Origin: Nitrosopumilus sp.
Lineage (GTDB): Archaea > Thermoproteota > Nitrososphaeria > Nitrososphaerales > Nitrosopumilaceae
DNA length: 64,000 nucleotides
Reading direction: 5' to 3'
Assembly: GCA_965205675.1 (NCBI GenBank)
Contig: OZ242186.1
Span: forward strand, 1,824,001 to 1,888,000
Part shown: in pieces, positions 63,290-64,000 of the stretch
How positions within the stretch are numbered: the stretch's first letter is position 1
How the letters are laid out: each line of letters starts with the position of its first letter
Translations under genes and position numbers: made by a program
Notes under the pieces: model-generated
The model's database searches: none
Told to the model about the DNA's origin: nothing
The model's input: the letters and a program-made list of their open reading frames with translations, nothing else

Positions 63290-64000
63290 AATGAAACAAA
63301 CACCATCAAAGAAGCCAATCGTGTAAATTCGTTAGTAGCTCCCATTACATCACCGGTTATACCACCAAAACTACGAGTAGACAAAGCTAAGAGAAACATA
63401 GTCAAAGCAATAGTTACACCCAACATTATCAATCCGGTAGTCTCGCCTATTACAATAACAGGGATAAACATAATGATGAACGCTGCTAATAGTTTTTTCT
63501 TATCTTTCATAAATTCAACAAAAGGGGAATTTGAGCCTAATGAAGCTGATTTACCTAAACTAGCCATTAAAACCATTGAGAATTTTGCCAGAATTTCACT
63601 AATCAAAAGTACTTTAAACAAATCAAAACCACTAGTAAGAGAAATAGTGATTATTAATCCAATAAAATACAAAACAATTGCAACAATACCAGCTGAACCA
63701 GTGGAAAGATCCTTCATGGCTTTGAGTTTTTTATCTTTTAAACCTTTTACCATAAGTCCATCAGCAAAATCAGCCAAGCCATCTGCATGATGTACTCCAG
63801 TGATTATTGTAATTGATGCAACAACTAGCAAGCTAACTAACAAAGGTTCTAAAAAGAGAGATAAGCCAAAACCTAAAGTTCCAGTTAAAAATCCAATAAT
63901 AATTCCAATAACAGGAAACATGAACATATATTTCGCAACATTATCTAATGTGGAATTTGAGGATGGAAAAATTGTTAGAAATGAAAAAACAGATCCAATT
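63286..64000 (-). CDS. cobS: Cobalamin synthase (adenosylcobinamide-GDP ribazoletransferase); start lies beyond the window
   Basis: TGVHHADGLADFADG, AMKD, GGITGDVMGA; frame open to the window edge (IGSVFSFLTIFP). Confidence 0.93.
   Translation of the reverse strand, partial: IGSVFSFLTIFPSSNSTLDNVAKYMFMFPVIGIIIGFLTGTLGFGLSLFLEPLLVSLLVVASITIITGVHHADGLADFADGLMVKGLKDKKLKAMKDLSTGSAGIVAIVLYFIGLIITISLTSGFDLFKVLLISEILAKFSMVLMASLGKSASLGSNSPFVEFMKDKKKLLAAFIIMFIPVIVIGETTGLIMLGVTIALTMFLLALSTRSFGGITGDVMGATNEFTRLASLMVFVSL

Noticed and set aside
1-64000. CRISPR array, rRNA genes, and the many short antisense ORFs in the track
   Set aside because: No regularly spaced repeats or rRNA-like sequence were seen; the antisense ORFs shadow well-supported genes

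Overview
AT-rich archaeal DNA. Gene content and order point to a Nitrosopumilus-like ammonia-oxidising archaeon (Nitrosopumilaceae): cupredoxin/cytochrome b/Rieske, S8 peptidase, large S-layer protein, MoaD-ThiF, thrC, his cluster, tiaS, dph2, csl4, thermosome, rpl44e/rps27e, cobY/cobS. About 16.4-32.7 kb and 35.8-64 kb are core genes. Two accessory zones stand out. (1) ~2.8-16.3 kb holds a 5.9-kb element (3040-8921) bounded by 67-bp inverted repeats. It carries a SWIM/Zn-ribbon/DDE (IS6-like) transposase, a type III-like Mod-Res pair with a frameshifted mod, and an unannotated 45-aa Zn-ribbon ORF next to twin operator-like repeats. It is followed by an apparently intact ISH3-like IS, an IS630 ORF, and IS481/IS5/IS110 remnants. 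(2) 32884-35233 is an IS66-derived unit whose outer ends are flanked by an 8-bp target duplication (AGGTTTTT). Its cargo includes a tRNA gene with a serine-type body (long variable arm, G73) but a GAA (Phe) anticodon. All calls were made by eye from motifs; no database searches were run.
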